Source: Gaiellales bacterium (GTDB taxonomy: Bacteria > Actinomycetota > Thermoleophilia > Gaiellales > F1-60-MAGs149). From it: a stretch of 64,000 nt of DNA. Below, one piece after another: positions 9,056 through 18,478 of this stretch. The position numbers and the translations under genes were made by a program. Every line of letters begins with the position of its first letter. The stretch's first letter is position 1. Location of the stretch: contig JBCKBR010000002.1 of assembly GCA_038911065.1 (NCBI GenBank), positions 14,957-78,956 of the forward strand. Reading direction: 5' to 3'. The notes under the pieces are model-generated. The model saw nothing but the letters and a program-made list of their open reading frames with translations, had not been told where the DNA came from and ran no database searches.

Positions 9056-9105
9056 TAACGATTGGTTACTACGGTATACGTTAAAAAGATACGTGTCAAT
9101 CGTTA
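9056..9105 (-). promoter_or_regulatory. sigma70-type promoter of the protease, overlapped by an inverted repeat
   Basis: Minus strand TTGACA (9099-9094)-N17-TACCGT (9076-9071). TAACGATTG at 9056 and CAATCGTTA at 9097 form an inverted repeat. Confidence 0.55.
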
Positions 9106-9220
9106 CTATTCGGGGAACTTCGCCTACGGTTCATCGTGGCCTCCGACCACTCGCCGGGAAGTTCGCGTCTATGTCGACGTGACCGGATCCCTCCGCCCAA
9201 CTGGCCTCACCCAACCCTGA

Positions 9221-9299
9221 CACGCCGTGCAGCCACTTACACATAATGCCGAGCGTAGAGCAAGGCGGACATCACATCCGCGCGGTTGTGGCGTCCGCC
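9221..9299. repeat. orphan copy of the shared 5' block + palindrome copy 4 (9264-9299)
   Basis: Nearly identical to 5641-5716, but not followed by a Sel1 gene. Confidence 0.9.
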
Positions 9300-9445
9300 C
9301 TGCGGGCACGAGAACTCCCCGGCTTTCGACTCCTTTGACCCAGAGCCTTACGACTCCTGAGATCAGGTGATCTTTGCCCGCTGACTGCGGCACTTGAAAA
9401 AGCTGAGGCGGAGCTTTTGGCACCCATAACACGTTCTTCGAGGTT

Positions 9446-9491
9446 GCTTGTATCTATAAACGGTAGAATTGCATCGTTTATAGATACAAGC
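9446..9491. promoter_or_regulatory. perfect 17-bp inverted repeat, probable operator of the MNT-HEPN operon
   Basis: GCTTGTATCTATAAACG-N12-CGTTTATAGATACAAGC, ending 4 nt before the ATG. The spacer contains TAGAAT. Confidence 0.7.
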
Positions 9492-9495
9492 TGCT

Positions 9496-10119
9496 ATGCT
9501 GAGGCCCGTGTCCAAGTCGCCGACCATCGACGTCTTTCCGATCTTCCGCACCCAGCATCAGGCTGATCTGTTGCGTCTACTGCTGCTTCAACCTGACAGG
9601 AAGTTCACGGGTGTCGAACTGGCTGAGTTGACTGGGCGCCCGGCGTCCACGATCTACCCTGAGCTAAGGCGCCTTGTGAGCGCAGGCATTATCCGCGAGG
9701 AAGAGGTTGCGACTGCGAAGTACTCCCAGGCGGCGACCAACTCACCGTTCTACGAGCACCTTCGTGCCCTGGTCCAGCTCGCGATGGGGCCGGAGGCCGA
9801 ACTTCGCGGCCGCCTATCGACGATCGACGGCATCGATGTCGCAGTCATCTTCGGCTCGTGGGCGCGCGGGACGGATCTTCACCCGACGAGCGACGTTGAC
9901 GTGCTGGTCGTGGGGACTCCCGCCTACGAACAGCTCGCCGACGCCGCGAGCGAGGTCGAGGCGCTGATCGGGCGCGACGTGCAAATCATCTCGTATAGCT
10001 GGGAAGAACTCGACCAGCGCATCGCTGCCGACAGCGGCTTCGTTAAGAACGTGCTCAACGGCCCGATGAAAGCTTTACTCGGCGAAGTAGAGACGCTCCG
10101 CGAGAGGGGGGCAGCATGA
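9496..10119 (+). CDS. HTH + minimal nucleotidyltransferase (MNT) antitoxin
   Basis: N-terminal wHTH and IFGSWARG...SDVDVLVVG (Pol-beta GS..DxD). Confidence 0.88.
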   Translation: MLRPVSKSPTIDVFPIFRTQHQADLLRLLLLQPDRKFTGVELAELTGRPASTIYPELRRLVSAGIIREEEVATAKYSQAATNSPFYEHLRALVQLAMGPEAELRGRLSTIDGIDVAVIFGSWARGTDLHPTSDVDVLVVGTPAYEQLADAASEVEALIGRDVQIISYSWEELDQRIAADSGFVKNVLNGPMKALLGEVETLRERGAA

Positions 10120-10541
10120 TCGACGCAACGACCGAACCTGTCCCGGCGGACGTCAACGAGGCGGCACGCAAGATTGCGCAGGCGATGAAGCACGCAGAGA
10201 GCGCCGAGCAGTGCGTCGACAATGAGAGCGCGTACATCCTGCTCTATTCCGCCGTGCACAAGGCGCTGGCGGCGGTCTTGATCTCGATCGGTCTTCGCGT
10301 CGGTAGTGGTGAGCGCGGCCACGTCGTGCTCATCCGGGAGGCGAAGAAGCATCTTGGAGCGGAGCACGCGGCGCTCCTGAGTCGTCTCGACCGAGCTCGT
10401 CGAAAGCGCAATAGCGTTTCTTACGAGACCGAGCAGATCACGGACGGCGAACTTGTAGCAATGAAGCACGATGCGATGCTGACGTTGGAAACGGCGGGTC
10501 GCTTCGTTCAAGAGCAGAAGACATCGCCCGCATCGGACTGA
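10116..10541 (+). CDS. HEPN domain protein (MNT-HEPN toxin)
   Basis: ATGA overlap with MNT, helical, LYSAVHKA and RRKRNSVSY (Rx4-Y/H motif). Confidence 0.8.
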   Translation: MIDATTEPVPADVNEAARKIAQAMKHAESAEQCVDNESAYILLYSAVHKALAAVLISIGLRVGSGERGHVVLIREAKKHLGAEHAALLSRLDRARRKRNSVSYETEQITDGELVAMKHDAMLTLETAGRFVQEQKTSPASD

Positions 10542-11161
10542 TCTCCGATCCGCATGGCGATGCGGACGCGCTTGGCGCAGGACTTGATCTGCTCGCGACC
10601 CTCTCCTGCGGCGAGCTTTGGTGTCTCGGCGACCTCGTCGGGCCATCGGACTCGGCGAAGACGTTGGCGCTTGCACTGGCGTCCTGCGATGTCGTTCTCG
10701 CAGGGAACCACGATCTCCTCGTTGCCGGGCGTTTACCCGAGAGCTACCTCGCCACACATGGCGCCGAGAAGATCAAGCGCATCCGGAGCGAACTGAGCCT
10801 CGAAGAAATGGCCTCCCTCCGCGCTCTGCCCACGCGGGAATCCAACGCCGAGCTACAAGGCGCGCACGCAGGCCTCGATCACTTCACCGATCACGTCGTC
10901 GACCGCTTCGACGCCGACAATCAACTCGCACTTGCCGATCGGCGCTACCTCGCTCTAGGGCACACTCACCAAGCCCACTATTTCACCGCTGAGGGGTGCT
11001 GGAGCGTCGAACCGAATCGACTCATCGTGGTCGGCGGATCAGCGCTCGTCAGCCCCGGAAGCGTCCGGCATACCACGCGCCAGGGAACTGTCTGCGTGCT
11101 GGACACGACGGCAGCCACTTGCCACTGGTACCGGATAGATCCTCCGACTAGTGCCCGGTGA
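10529..11161 (+). CDS. calcineurin-like metallophosphoesterase (no canonical start codon)
   Basis: The frame of ORF 10664-11161 extends upstream as RIGLISDPHG...CLGDLVG...AGNHD...AHAG...LGHTH...SPGS, giving all metallophosphoesterase motifs. Confidence 0.75.
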   Translation, partial: RIGLISDPHGDADALGAGLDLLATLSCGELWCLGDLVGPSDSAKTLALALASCDVVLAGNHDLLVAGRLPESYLATHGAEKIKRIRSELSLEEMASLRALPTRESNAELQGAHAGLDHFTDHVVDRFDADNQLALADRRYLALGHTHQAHYFTAEGCWSVEPNRLIVVGGSALVSPGSVRHTTRQGTVCVLDTTAATCHWYRIDPPTSAR

Positions 11162-11283
11162 CGGCAGTGGACGTAGGCAAGATGGATTGAACAACGGCCC
11201 TGCCTAGCGCCTCGGACTAGTCCGAAAATCGACTCGCGCTCGGGCCATTACTCCATGAAGCCGCTGCGACACGGGCTCCGGCA

Positions 11284-11487
11284 TTAGGTCAGCAGGGCAG
11301 CGCTTCGATTTCGCCGCCGAGAGGTGCGAAGCAGCATGCACCGCAGGGAGATGAAGATAGGCGCCAGCCCGCCAGCGAGGTACACGCGCTCGCGCCATGG
11401 GCCGATGTCGCCGAGGAGCGTGACGAGCGCTCGCTCGCAACGTGCCGTCGTTACCTCGTCGTAGTCAGTGAAGCGGCGCTTGTTCAA
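11284..11487 (-). pseudogene. truncated AbiEii-like nucleotidyltransferase toxin
   Basis: 4-nt overlap with AbiEi. VYLAGGLAP (N-terminal GG motif) followed by an unrelated tail and a stop at 67 aa. Confidence 0.6.
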
Positions 11488-12539
11488 AACCCTATGACCT
11501 CCTCGCGCAGCCGATCTGCCTGCTCTCGACCTCGCCGCGGATCTTGGCGAAGGTCGAGGAACAGTCGGAACGGGTTGGCTGTCCAGACGTCGCCGACCTT
11601 TTGCCTGAGCACCAGCGGCGTGTCACCCATAGCTTGCCGCAAAACGATGTTGTGTCCGTCGGCGACTTGGTCGGCACGCGCCGTGTCAACGACATAGTCC
11701 AACGCGACCGTCTCGGTTACCCAGACTTCCGTGATGGGAATCGCGGTGATGAACGGAGCTAGTCGGGCTGCTCCCGCCGCGCCCGTGACCGCGTGTTCGA
11801 TCTTCGCTTTCGTGAGCAGTTCGCTCAACGCTTGTGCCTGCGTGCTGGGATCGCGAGCGAGCCGGAATGCTCGCACCTGATTGACGCCGCGATCGCGCAT
11901 CTCCTCGGCCCAGAGATCGAGGAGAGCGGTCGGGTTCGTGAGGAGACGCGTTCGCTGAGGTCCAGCGCCTTCGACCTGGATCAGGCCCTCGCGTTCGAGT
12001 CGAGTGAACAATCGGTGCGCTAGCCCGACAGAAACCCCAGCGGCTTCGGCGAGGTCGTGCACCTGCCACTGCCGTTCGGGGTCGGCCAGTAGTACCTGGG
12101 TCGCCACTCCCGCCTTACCCATCAGCTTGACCGGAGGTGCTCCTGTTGTCGGCGCTGGCGTTGCGCGCCTCCCCTCCGTCCACAGGAAGAGGCCGGGAAG
12201 CTCGATCCTGATGTTCCCGGTTGCATCGATGACGGCGACGCCAGCCTCTTCCAGGATCTGGAGGGCTTCTGCGGTCGTTGTCCGAGCGACAAGGAGCAGG
12301 TGCGTTCCCTCGGGCAGGCCTTCGGCGTACGCGGCGTGCTGCCGTGCCGCGGAAGCATTCGTGACCCGTTGGGTCTTCACCTCGACCACGTGGGTCACGT
12401 CTCCGGCACGGACGACGACGTCTCGGTGCCGCTTGGTGGCTGGCGTCGGCTCAACGCCGACCCTCGGGACGCCCTGAAGGATCCTGAGCGTCTCACGCTC
12501 AAGCGGTCCTTGGATATTCACTAAATCATTCTTATTCAC
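11484..12539 (-). CDS. type IV TA AbiEi-family antitoxin (AbiEi_2-like)
   Basis: VVEVK N-domain, wHTH (DLAEAAGVSVGLAHR), LLDLWAEE, AVTGAAGAARLAPF and NPFRLFLDL...RGREQADRL. Confidence 0.82.
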   Translation of the reverse strand: MNKNDLVNIQGPLERETLRILQGVPRVGVEPTPATKRHRDVVVRAGDVTHVVEVKTQRVTNASAARQHAAYAEGLPEGTHLLLVARTTTAEALQILEEAGVAVIDATGNIRIELPGLFLWTEGRRATPAPTTGAPPVKLMGKAGVATQVLLADPERQWQVHDLAEAAGVSVGLAHRLFTRLEREGLIQVEGAGPQRTRLLTNPTALLDLWAEEMRDRGVNQVRAFRLARDPSTQAQALSELLTKAKIEHAVTGAAGAARLAPFITAIPITEVWVTETVALDYVVDTARADQVADGHNIVLRQAMGDTPLVLRQKVGDVWTANPFRLFLDLRQDPRRGREQADRLREEVIGF

Positions 12540-12572
12540 AACGCTTGTGAATATAGCCTATTTCGTGAATAT
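12514..12572. promoter_or_regulatory. inverted repeats over the abiEi start (autoregulatory operator)
   Basis: TATTCACAA-CGC-TTGTGAATA (12533-12553), plus extra half-sites ATATTCAC (12514) and GTGAATAT (12565). Confidence 0.6.
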
Positions 12573-12601
12573 CTGCAAGGCGCTCGGGGGCCGGTACCGG
12601 A

Positions 12602-12661
12602 GCCGCCGCCTGGTACATGGGCGCCAACATCCCCGTCAAACCCCGCGTCTTCCTGCCCTAC
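12602..12661 (+). pseudogene. 60-bp relic of a Baeyer-Villiger monooxygenase 3' end
   Basis: Encodes AAAWYMGANIPVKPRVFLPY. 51/60 nt identical to 15051-15110. Confidence 0.65.
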
Positions 12662-13047
12662 CACGGCGTCGCCTGGCGGTGTGGAGCGTCGTGTGGGCAG
12701 CACTGCCGGTTGTCGCGATGCTCGTTGTGGTTGGAGTTGGGGCGGCAGCGGGATAAGGCTTTGCCCGATTCCGAGTGCACCTCTCCAATAGCTCCGCCGA
12801 CTCCCGTTCGCCTTCCCCCACGGGGCTGCCTTACTGCCCATCAGCACACGCCGCATCGCGAGATACGCACCAATTGCCGCTGTGCCATTGGTGGATTGAC
12901 GATCGACGATTTGGGCACCACCCGGCTCGGGAGCAATCTCGAAATGCCGACTAGGAACCGTTGGCGTCTCCATCAGACGCGGCTACGTCGTGCGCGCCCG
13001 ATGATGTCTGGTTCGGGCGAGGTCGATGCAGGGATTGATTGCCTGCT

Positions 13048-14181
13048 CTAGAGGTTGACGGGCTGTTGCTCGGCGACCGAGCGTTTGATTGCTACTTCGA
13101 GTCGGATCGCGGCGAGGCCGTCGGCGATTGTCACGTCGGGGGTGCGGCGGTCGCGGACGCACTCGACGAAGTGGCGCACCTCGCCGGCAAAGCCGTGCAG
13201 GTGGCGCGGGTCGAAAGCGTCGAGTGGCACCTGGTCGTGCGGCTCCCATATCTCGGGTGTGGTGGCGCCCTTCATCCATGCGGTCACGCGCCGCCACTCG
13301 TCGATGTAGACCGCACTGCCGTGCCCCGTTAGGACGACGCGCTCGTTGATCCGTTCGAGGCAGTTCAGTTGCAGCGTGCCGATCGCGCCACTCTCGAAGC
13401 CGAGCAGCACAGCCCAAGCCTCTTCCTGCGGCGCCTCCTTGCCCTCCGCGAGCGCCGACATGTCGCGCCACACCGACCCCGTCATCGGCAGGTCGAGGGT
13501 GCCCGGTGTCCATTCGCGCGTATCACCCGGCATGCGCGAGGCGCGTGTAGCCATCACCCAGCGCACGTCACCGCCGAAGAAGCGCGCGAGGTCGAGGTGG
13601 TGGCAGCCGAACCCGTTGAGGAAGTCGTAGACGGAGCGGGGAGGGTAGGTGCCAAACGTCCAGCGGCCCTCGTACGCTGTCAACGGGCCAAACTCGGGTC
13701 GCTGCATAATCGCGAGTGCGCGCTGATACGGCTCGGAGAAGCGCTTCATGAAGCCGACCATGACCTCACGACCATTGCGTTGCGCTGCCTCTGCGAGCGC
13801 GATGCAGTCCTCAACAGTCTCGGCCGGTGGTTTTTCGACCATCACGTCGGCACCCGCGTTGAGGCAGTCGATCGCCACGCTCGGCTGCAGCCGCGGGTGC
13901 ATCGCAACGATTACGCCATCGAGCTCGGCCTTGGCGAGCATGTCGCGATGGTCCGTGTAGACCTCGGCAATGCCAAAGTCACGCGCGCACGCCCGCGCTC
14001 GCGCCTCATCGATGTCGCAGCACGCGACGAGCTCGCCGACCGCACCGCCCTCTGCGAGGTCGCCAATCGCCGCGCCGATCAGCTCGGGCGGATTGTGGAC
14101 CGCGAGCCGAAAGCAGGGATAGAGGTTCTGAACAGCATGGCTACCGCAACCGATCACGCCGATCCGGGGGAGGCTAGGCAT
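13048..14181 (-). CDS. Gfo/Idh/MocA family oxidoreductase
   Basis: RIGVIGCGSHA Rossmann motif, VMVEKPPA, VGFMKRF and GCHHLDL. ATG 14181 is 7 nt after TAGTAT. Confidence 0.92.
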   Translation of the reverse strand: MPSLPRIGVIGCGSHAVQNLYPCFRLAVHNPPELIGAAIGDLAEGGAVGELVACCDIDEARARACARDFGIAEVYTDHRDMLAKAELDGVIVAMHPRLQPSVAIDCLNAGADVMVEKPPAETVEDCIALAEAAQRNGREVMVGFMKRFSEPYQRALAIMQRPEFGPLTAYEGRWTFGTYPPRSVYDFLNGFGCHHLDLARFFGGDVRWVMATRASRMPGDTREWTPGTLDLPMTGSVWRDMSALAEGKEAPQEEAWAVLLGFESGAIGTLQLNCLERINERVVLTGHGSAVYIDEWRRVTAWMKGATTPEIWEPHDQVPLDAFDPRHLHGFAGEVRHFVECVRDRRTPDVTIADGLAAIRLEVAIKRSVAEQQPVNL

Positions 14182-14431
14182 TGGCGGGATACTATCCGAC
14201 GCGCAGCGAGGACGGCTGATTTCCTCTGCGCACCAAACGACGTCGCGCTTGGAGCTTGTTGTCAAGCCCGCGGTCACGCGGGGGAATGGCACCGCGTCAC
14301 ATAATCAGTCCTACTCCACGTCCTCGCGGTGCTGCATGGGTCCGTTTCTACTCTTGTCGGCATGACACGTTTACCAGGAGGACGAGCGTGGTTGTTCTGC
14401 TTCACAGGACCTCGCCAAGCTGCGAGATCTC

Positions 14432-14941
14432 TCAGAACAACAGATCCGAGTCCCCCGACTCCTCATACGTCCCCGTCAGCAGGCTCGCCCACTGTTCGTC
14501 TTCGACTTCGTCGGGCGTCCGGTCGTACTCGTCGGGTACGCGGGCTTCTTGTGGGAGGGGTCGGTTGCGACCGACTTCGCGTACGAGTTCGGCAAAGAGG
14601 CTGGGGCTCATCGCGAGCTCGCCGAATAAGACGCCGGGCTGGTCATAGACCCCTTCACCAGGGTTGAATACGAGCAGGCAGAAGACGAGTTCCTGCTCGT
14701 TGTGTACTTCGGTGTGGGTGCGCGAGATCAAGATCGCGTCGGTGTCGTCGGCCTTCATCAGCGAGTGGTCGGCGGTGATGCACCACGCCTTGTAATTGTC
14801 GGGCTCGCGGAAGGCGATCTGGCGGATGTCTTCTTTGAGGAAGCACTGCACCTGCGCGAGTGGGCGTGGCGGCTTCAGTGGGATCGGCTGATCCGGGTCG
14901 AGCTCGTACGAGTCGTGCGGGGAGTTGGTCGACGCCTGCAT
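14432..14941 (-). CDS. hypothetical protein
   Basis: 169-aa acidic ORF with coding-like codon use. Its 5' end runs into the BVMO relic, so it may be truncated. Confidence 0.55.
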   Translation of the reverse strand: MQASTNSPHDSYELDPDQPIPLKPPRPLAQVQCFLKEDIRQIAFREPDNYKAWCITADHSLMKADDTDAILISRTHTEVHNEQELVFCLLVFNPGEGVYDQPGVLFGELAMSPSLFAELVREVGRNRPLPQEARVPDEYDRTPDEVEDEQWASLLTGTYEESGDSDLLF

Positions 14942-15178
14942 CGGCCACCTCGAGCATCACCAAATCGCGACGATCGAGGCCACTTCTGAAGCCCAGGCCG
15001 CCTGGGACCAGGAGGTCCACGACGAGGCCTACGCCACCCTCTATCGGCAGGCCGCCTCTTGGTACATGGGCGCCAACATCCCGGGGAAGCCACGCATCTT
15101 CCTGCCGTACGTCGGCGGCGTCGGCAAGTACGCCGGGATCTGTGACGGGGTCGTGGGGGAGGGGTATCGGTTTTTTTT
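14925..15178 (+). pseudogene. C-terminal fragment of a cyclohexanone/phenylacetone-type Baeyer-Villiger monooxygenase
   Basis: IATIEATSEAQAAWDQEV...SWYMGANIPGKPRIFLPYVGGVGKY...CDGVVGEGY is the typical BVMO C-terminus. No N-terminal part is present. Confidence 0.8.
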
Positions 15179-15562
15179 GTGCTCACGCCGTAGACGAACC
15201 GGCGAGACGCTGGCGGCGCAGATGGTCAAAATACGCGCCGAGCGCTTTGGTCTGCATTCCCCGCATGTGGGCGACGGGACGTCGTTCTCCGTGGATCTGC
15301 GTTGAGCCAGTACCGAGCTCAGCCGTCGGAGGGAACCGTCCCTGCCGGCAAAATGCCGATCCATGCCAGGAGGTCGATGTCGTCCTCATCAATCACCTGC
15401 AGCAGAGTTGGTGGTACAACCGGCTGGAGATTCTGATCAGCAATGAAGTTCCCGTCGGATTCTCCAGCCGCGTGCATAGTTGTGGCGGGGGCATCTACCG
15501 ATCGCGTTTGCGCACACTTTTGACACCCCCCGATTGAGACGAGGCAAGGCGTCAGCCTACGC

Positions 15563-17524
15563 CTAGTCGGTCGGGATGGCCGTATCCGACTCGTCTAGTC
15601 CTACCGTATCCGTCTGATCCGCACCTGTCAGATTCGCATTGGTCAGATTCGCACCTGTCAGATTCGCATTGGTCAGATTCGCGTCCGTCAGATTCGCATG
15701 CGTCAGATTCGCATTAGTCAGATCCGCGTCCGTCAGATTCGCACGCGTCAGATCCGCATTCTCCAGGGTCGCACCCATCAGCAACGCATTGGTCAGGTCT
15801 GCATCCGTCAGATTCGCACGCGTCAGATCCGCATTCTCCAGGGTCGCACCCATCAGATTCGCATTAGTCAGATCCGCGTCCGTCAGCACCGCATTGGTGA
15901 GGTCCGGATCCTCACTGAGTCCCCAGCTGGAACAGTATTGATAGATGAAAGCACTTGTCAGCGAGGCTTTGGCGAGATTTGCGCCAGTGAGATCGGCTCC
16001 TGCAAGGACCGCACCGCAGAGCCGTGCATCCCGCAGGTCAGCACCCGCCAGGTTGGCATCGGTCAGGTTTGCCTCCAGTATCTCCATTCCCCGAAGATCA
16101 GCACCGGCTAAGTCAACGCCCTCCAACCGCAGAATGGGAACTTCAAGTCTTGTGTCGGGGCGGACAACCCACCCCGCCCGATCTGACAAGGATGTTATAG
16201 GTCGTGGTCCGTCCCAAACGCGTCCCGTCTTTTCCAGCAACACCATTTCGAATTGCGATTTCTCGTGACCACATCTGCCAAGAATGGCGAAGTTGCGTTC
16301 AGCCAATTCGAGATCCCCACGCTCCTGCGCCGCCAACGCGACCAGATAAACGGCATGGGGGTTACCTATCTCCGCGAACTCCTCAAGCCAACCATCATCA
16401 TCAGTCATCTCAGGTGAACGCTTCCGAAACTCATGGAGCCTTTCCATAGCAGCGGCGCTCCCACACAGGGCAAGTTCCCGGAATCGTGCTCTTGCCTCTT
16501 CAGTGTTGCCCTCGACCATTGCGAGAAATCCGGCGGTGTAGTTCTCGGAAATCGCGATAGCGTTGTCCTCAGAAGACGGACCGAGGTTGATAGCCCGCAC
16601 CTTCACCTCACGAATCAGGTCGTCATCCTCAAGGTCTAGAGCCTCCACATCGCCTGCCCAATAGAGGCGTCCAATGCCCTTGATCGCGTCCTCGTGGCCG
16701 AGTTCTGCAGCCTTCTTCCACCAGTCTCGCGCCGCCGCCGTGTCACCCGCCTCTTTGGCGAGAGCGCCGAGATGGGTCATCGCATTCGTGTTGTCGAGTG
16801 CTGCGGCCTGCTCGTACCAGTCTCGCGCCGCCGCCGTGTCACCCGCCTCTTTGGCGAGAGCGCCGAGATGGGTCATCGCATTCGTGTTGTCGAGTGCTGC
16901 GGCCTGCTCGCACCAGTTTCGCGCCGCCGCCGTGTCACCCTCCTCTTGGGCGAGAAAGCCGAGATTGTGCATCGCAGTCGCGTCACCGAATGCTGCGGCC
17001 TGCTCCAACCAGTTTCGCGCCGCCGCCGTATCACCCTCCTTATGGGCGAGAAAGCCGAGATTGATCATCGCTTGCGCGTCACCGAGAGCTGCGGCCCGTT
17101 CATACAGTGGCCGAGCCGCGTCGGCGTCTCCATCATGAAAATCCGCCAATACACCAAGAGCCCTGATTGCCGCAGCGTCATCGTGTTCCGCCGCTTTGAG
17201 ATACCACTCCCGCGCACTGTTGGTATCACCGCGTTCTTCTAAGACCGTTCCGAGGTTGTACATCGCCTTCGCGTCACCGAGTGCTGCTGCCTGCTCGTAC
17301 CAGTCTCGCGCCGCGGCCGTATCACCCTCCTCATTGGCGAGGAGGCCGAGATTGGTCATCGCCTCCGGATTACCAAGTGTGGCGGCCTGCTCGTACCAGG
17401 CGCGTGCAGCATCCAGATCACCCGCCTCATAGGCGAACTCACCAAGATTGATCATCGCTTCCGGATCATCAGGCGCAACAACATCATCCGAACTCTGCTG
17501 CTGCTTCTTCTTCTTCCCCATCAC
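15563..17524 (-). CDS. Sel1-repeat protein C fused to pentapeptide repeats
   Basis: Shared N-cap, 8 repeats, diverged helical middle, then A(D/N)LTx pentapeptide array. Confidence 0.9.
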   Translation of the reverse strand: MMGKKKKQQQSSDDVVAPDDPEAMINLGEFAYEAGDLDAARAWYEQAATLGNPEAMTNLGLLANEEGDTAAARDWYEQAAALGDAKAMYNLGTVLEERGDTNSAREWYLKAAEHDDAAAIRALGVLADFHDGDADAARPLYERAAALGDAQAMINLGFLAHKEGDTAAARNWLEQAAAFGDATAMHNLGFLAQEEGDTAAARNWCEQAAALDNTNAMTHLGALAKEAGDTAAARDWYEQAAALDNTNAMTHLGALAKEAGDTAAARDWWKKAAELGHEDAIKGIGRLYWAGDVEALDLEDDDLIREVKVRAINLGPSSEDNAIAISENYTAGFLAMVEGNTEEARARFRELALCGSAAAMERLHEFRKRSPEMTDDDGWLEEFAEIGNPHAVYLVALAAQERGDLELAERNFAILGRCGHEKSQFEMVLLEKTGRVWDGPRPITSLSDRAGWVVRPDTRLEVPILRLEGVDLAGADLRGMEILEANLTDANLAGADLRDARLCGAVLAGADLTGANLAKASLTSAFIYQYCSSWGLSEDPDLTNAVLTDADLTNANLMGATLENADLTRANLTDADLTNALLMGATLENADLTRANLTDADLTNANLTHANLTDANLTNANLTGANLTNANLTGADQTDTVGLDESDTAIPTD

Positions 17525-17582
17525 GCCCCCGCCTTACTTAGTGTCCCACTAGTAGTCGCGCACGCCGTGCAGCCACTTACAC
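17525..17582 (-). repeat. shared 5' block (without palindrome)
   Basis: CTTAGTGTCCCACTAGTAGTCGCGCACGCCGTGCAGCCACTTACAC. Confidence 0.85.
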
Positions 17583-17749
17583 CATGAATAGCCCCCGGGT
17601 TCCATAGCGTCTGTTTTTGTTTGCTGACCTGCCAGGACAGGCGTCAGTGTTCCGAGTTATTGAGTGGCGTTGACGCGGCTTAGAGAGCGCTGGGCGGCAA
17701 GCCTGGCTGGGGGCGTGGCATGCACTTCGATCAAACGCAGTGCGTGTGT

Positions 17750-18199
17750 TCACGCGTCGCCGGGTCGTACTCCGAGCTGAACGAGTGCGTGCTGGTACTT
17801 CGTGACTAGCCGCGCCCGTGTCTCAGGATCGAGTAGCGCGAGCCGCTCCTCCAAGAGGTTGTCGCGCGTGTCGGCGATCTTGATCGGTATCGCATCCGGG
17901 GTCAGCACCACGCGAGCGATGTAGGTCGTGTGGTCTTCTCCCTCTCTGCGTGTCAGGACGTCAATCAGTGTGATTGCCTCGGCGGAGACGCCGCTGGCGC
18001 GAAGCGATTGGGCTGTCTCGAGCGTGTCCTCGATTGCGTCGTGCAGGTATGCGGCTACGACTTGCGCCTCGCTGCCGCCCGCATCCCGGACTGCTTTGGC
18101 GACGCGGCTGAGGTGTTCGATGTAGGGCTTGCAAGCCTTGTCTCCACAGCCCGCATGGATGCGCGTTGCGAGGTCGATGGTGTCTGCGTAGTCCGCCAT
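17750..18199 (-). CDS. HD-domain small alarmone hydrolase-like protein (SpoT/Mesh1 HD_4)
   Basis: HAG..DK..KPYIEHLSRV...AAYLHDAIEDT...IKIADTRDNL. Confidence 0.85.
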   Translation of the reverse strand: MADYADTIDLATRIHAGCGDKACKPYIEHLSRVAKAVRDAGGSEAQVVAAYLHDAIEDTLETAQSLRASGVSAEAITLIDVLTRREGEDHTTYIARVVLTPDAIPIKIADTRDNLLEERLALLDPETRARLVTKYQHALVQLGVRPGDA

Positions 18200-18238
18200 G
18201 CTGATGCTGCCTGCTCTCATTGTCCTAGTCGGTAAGTA

Positions 18239-18456
18239 TCACACTGTTGCTTCGAGGCTGAAGTTGACGCGATACCGATAGAAGTCGATGTCCGGCGTCA
18301 TCGCGAGTGCGCGTGTCAGCTTGATGTCATCCTCATCTTGTGGAAGTCGAAGAGATAGGCACAGATGCGGATATCTTTGTCCTCGGTCTTGTGCTCGACG
18401 CCGTCCTCCCACAAGAGGCGCCGATGAGACCCGTTGGTGACGTAGATGCGACTCAT
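18239..18456 (-). pseudogene. possible small frameshifted gene
   Basis: MSRIYVTNGSHRRLLWEDGVEH... continues coding-like in another frame (DEDDIKLTRALAMTPDIDFYRYRVNF). Confidence 0.25.
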
Positions 18457-18478
18457 CCGGTCAGCGCCATCGTGCTCA

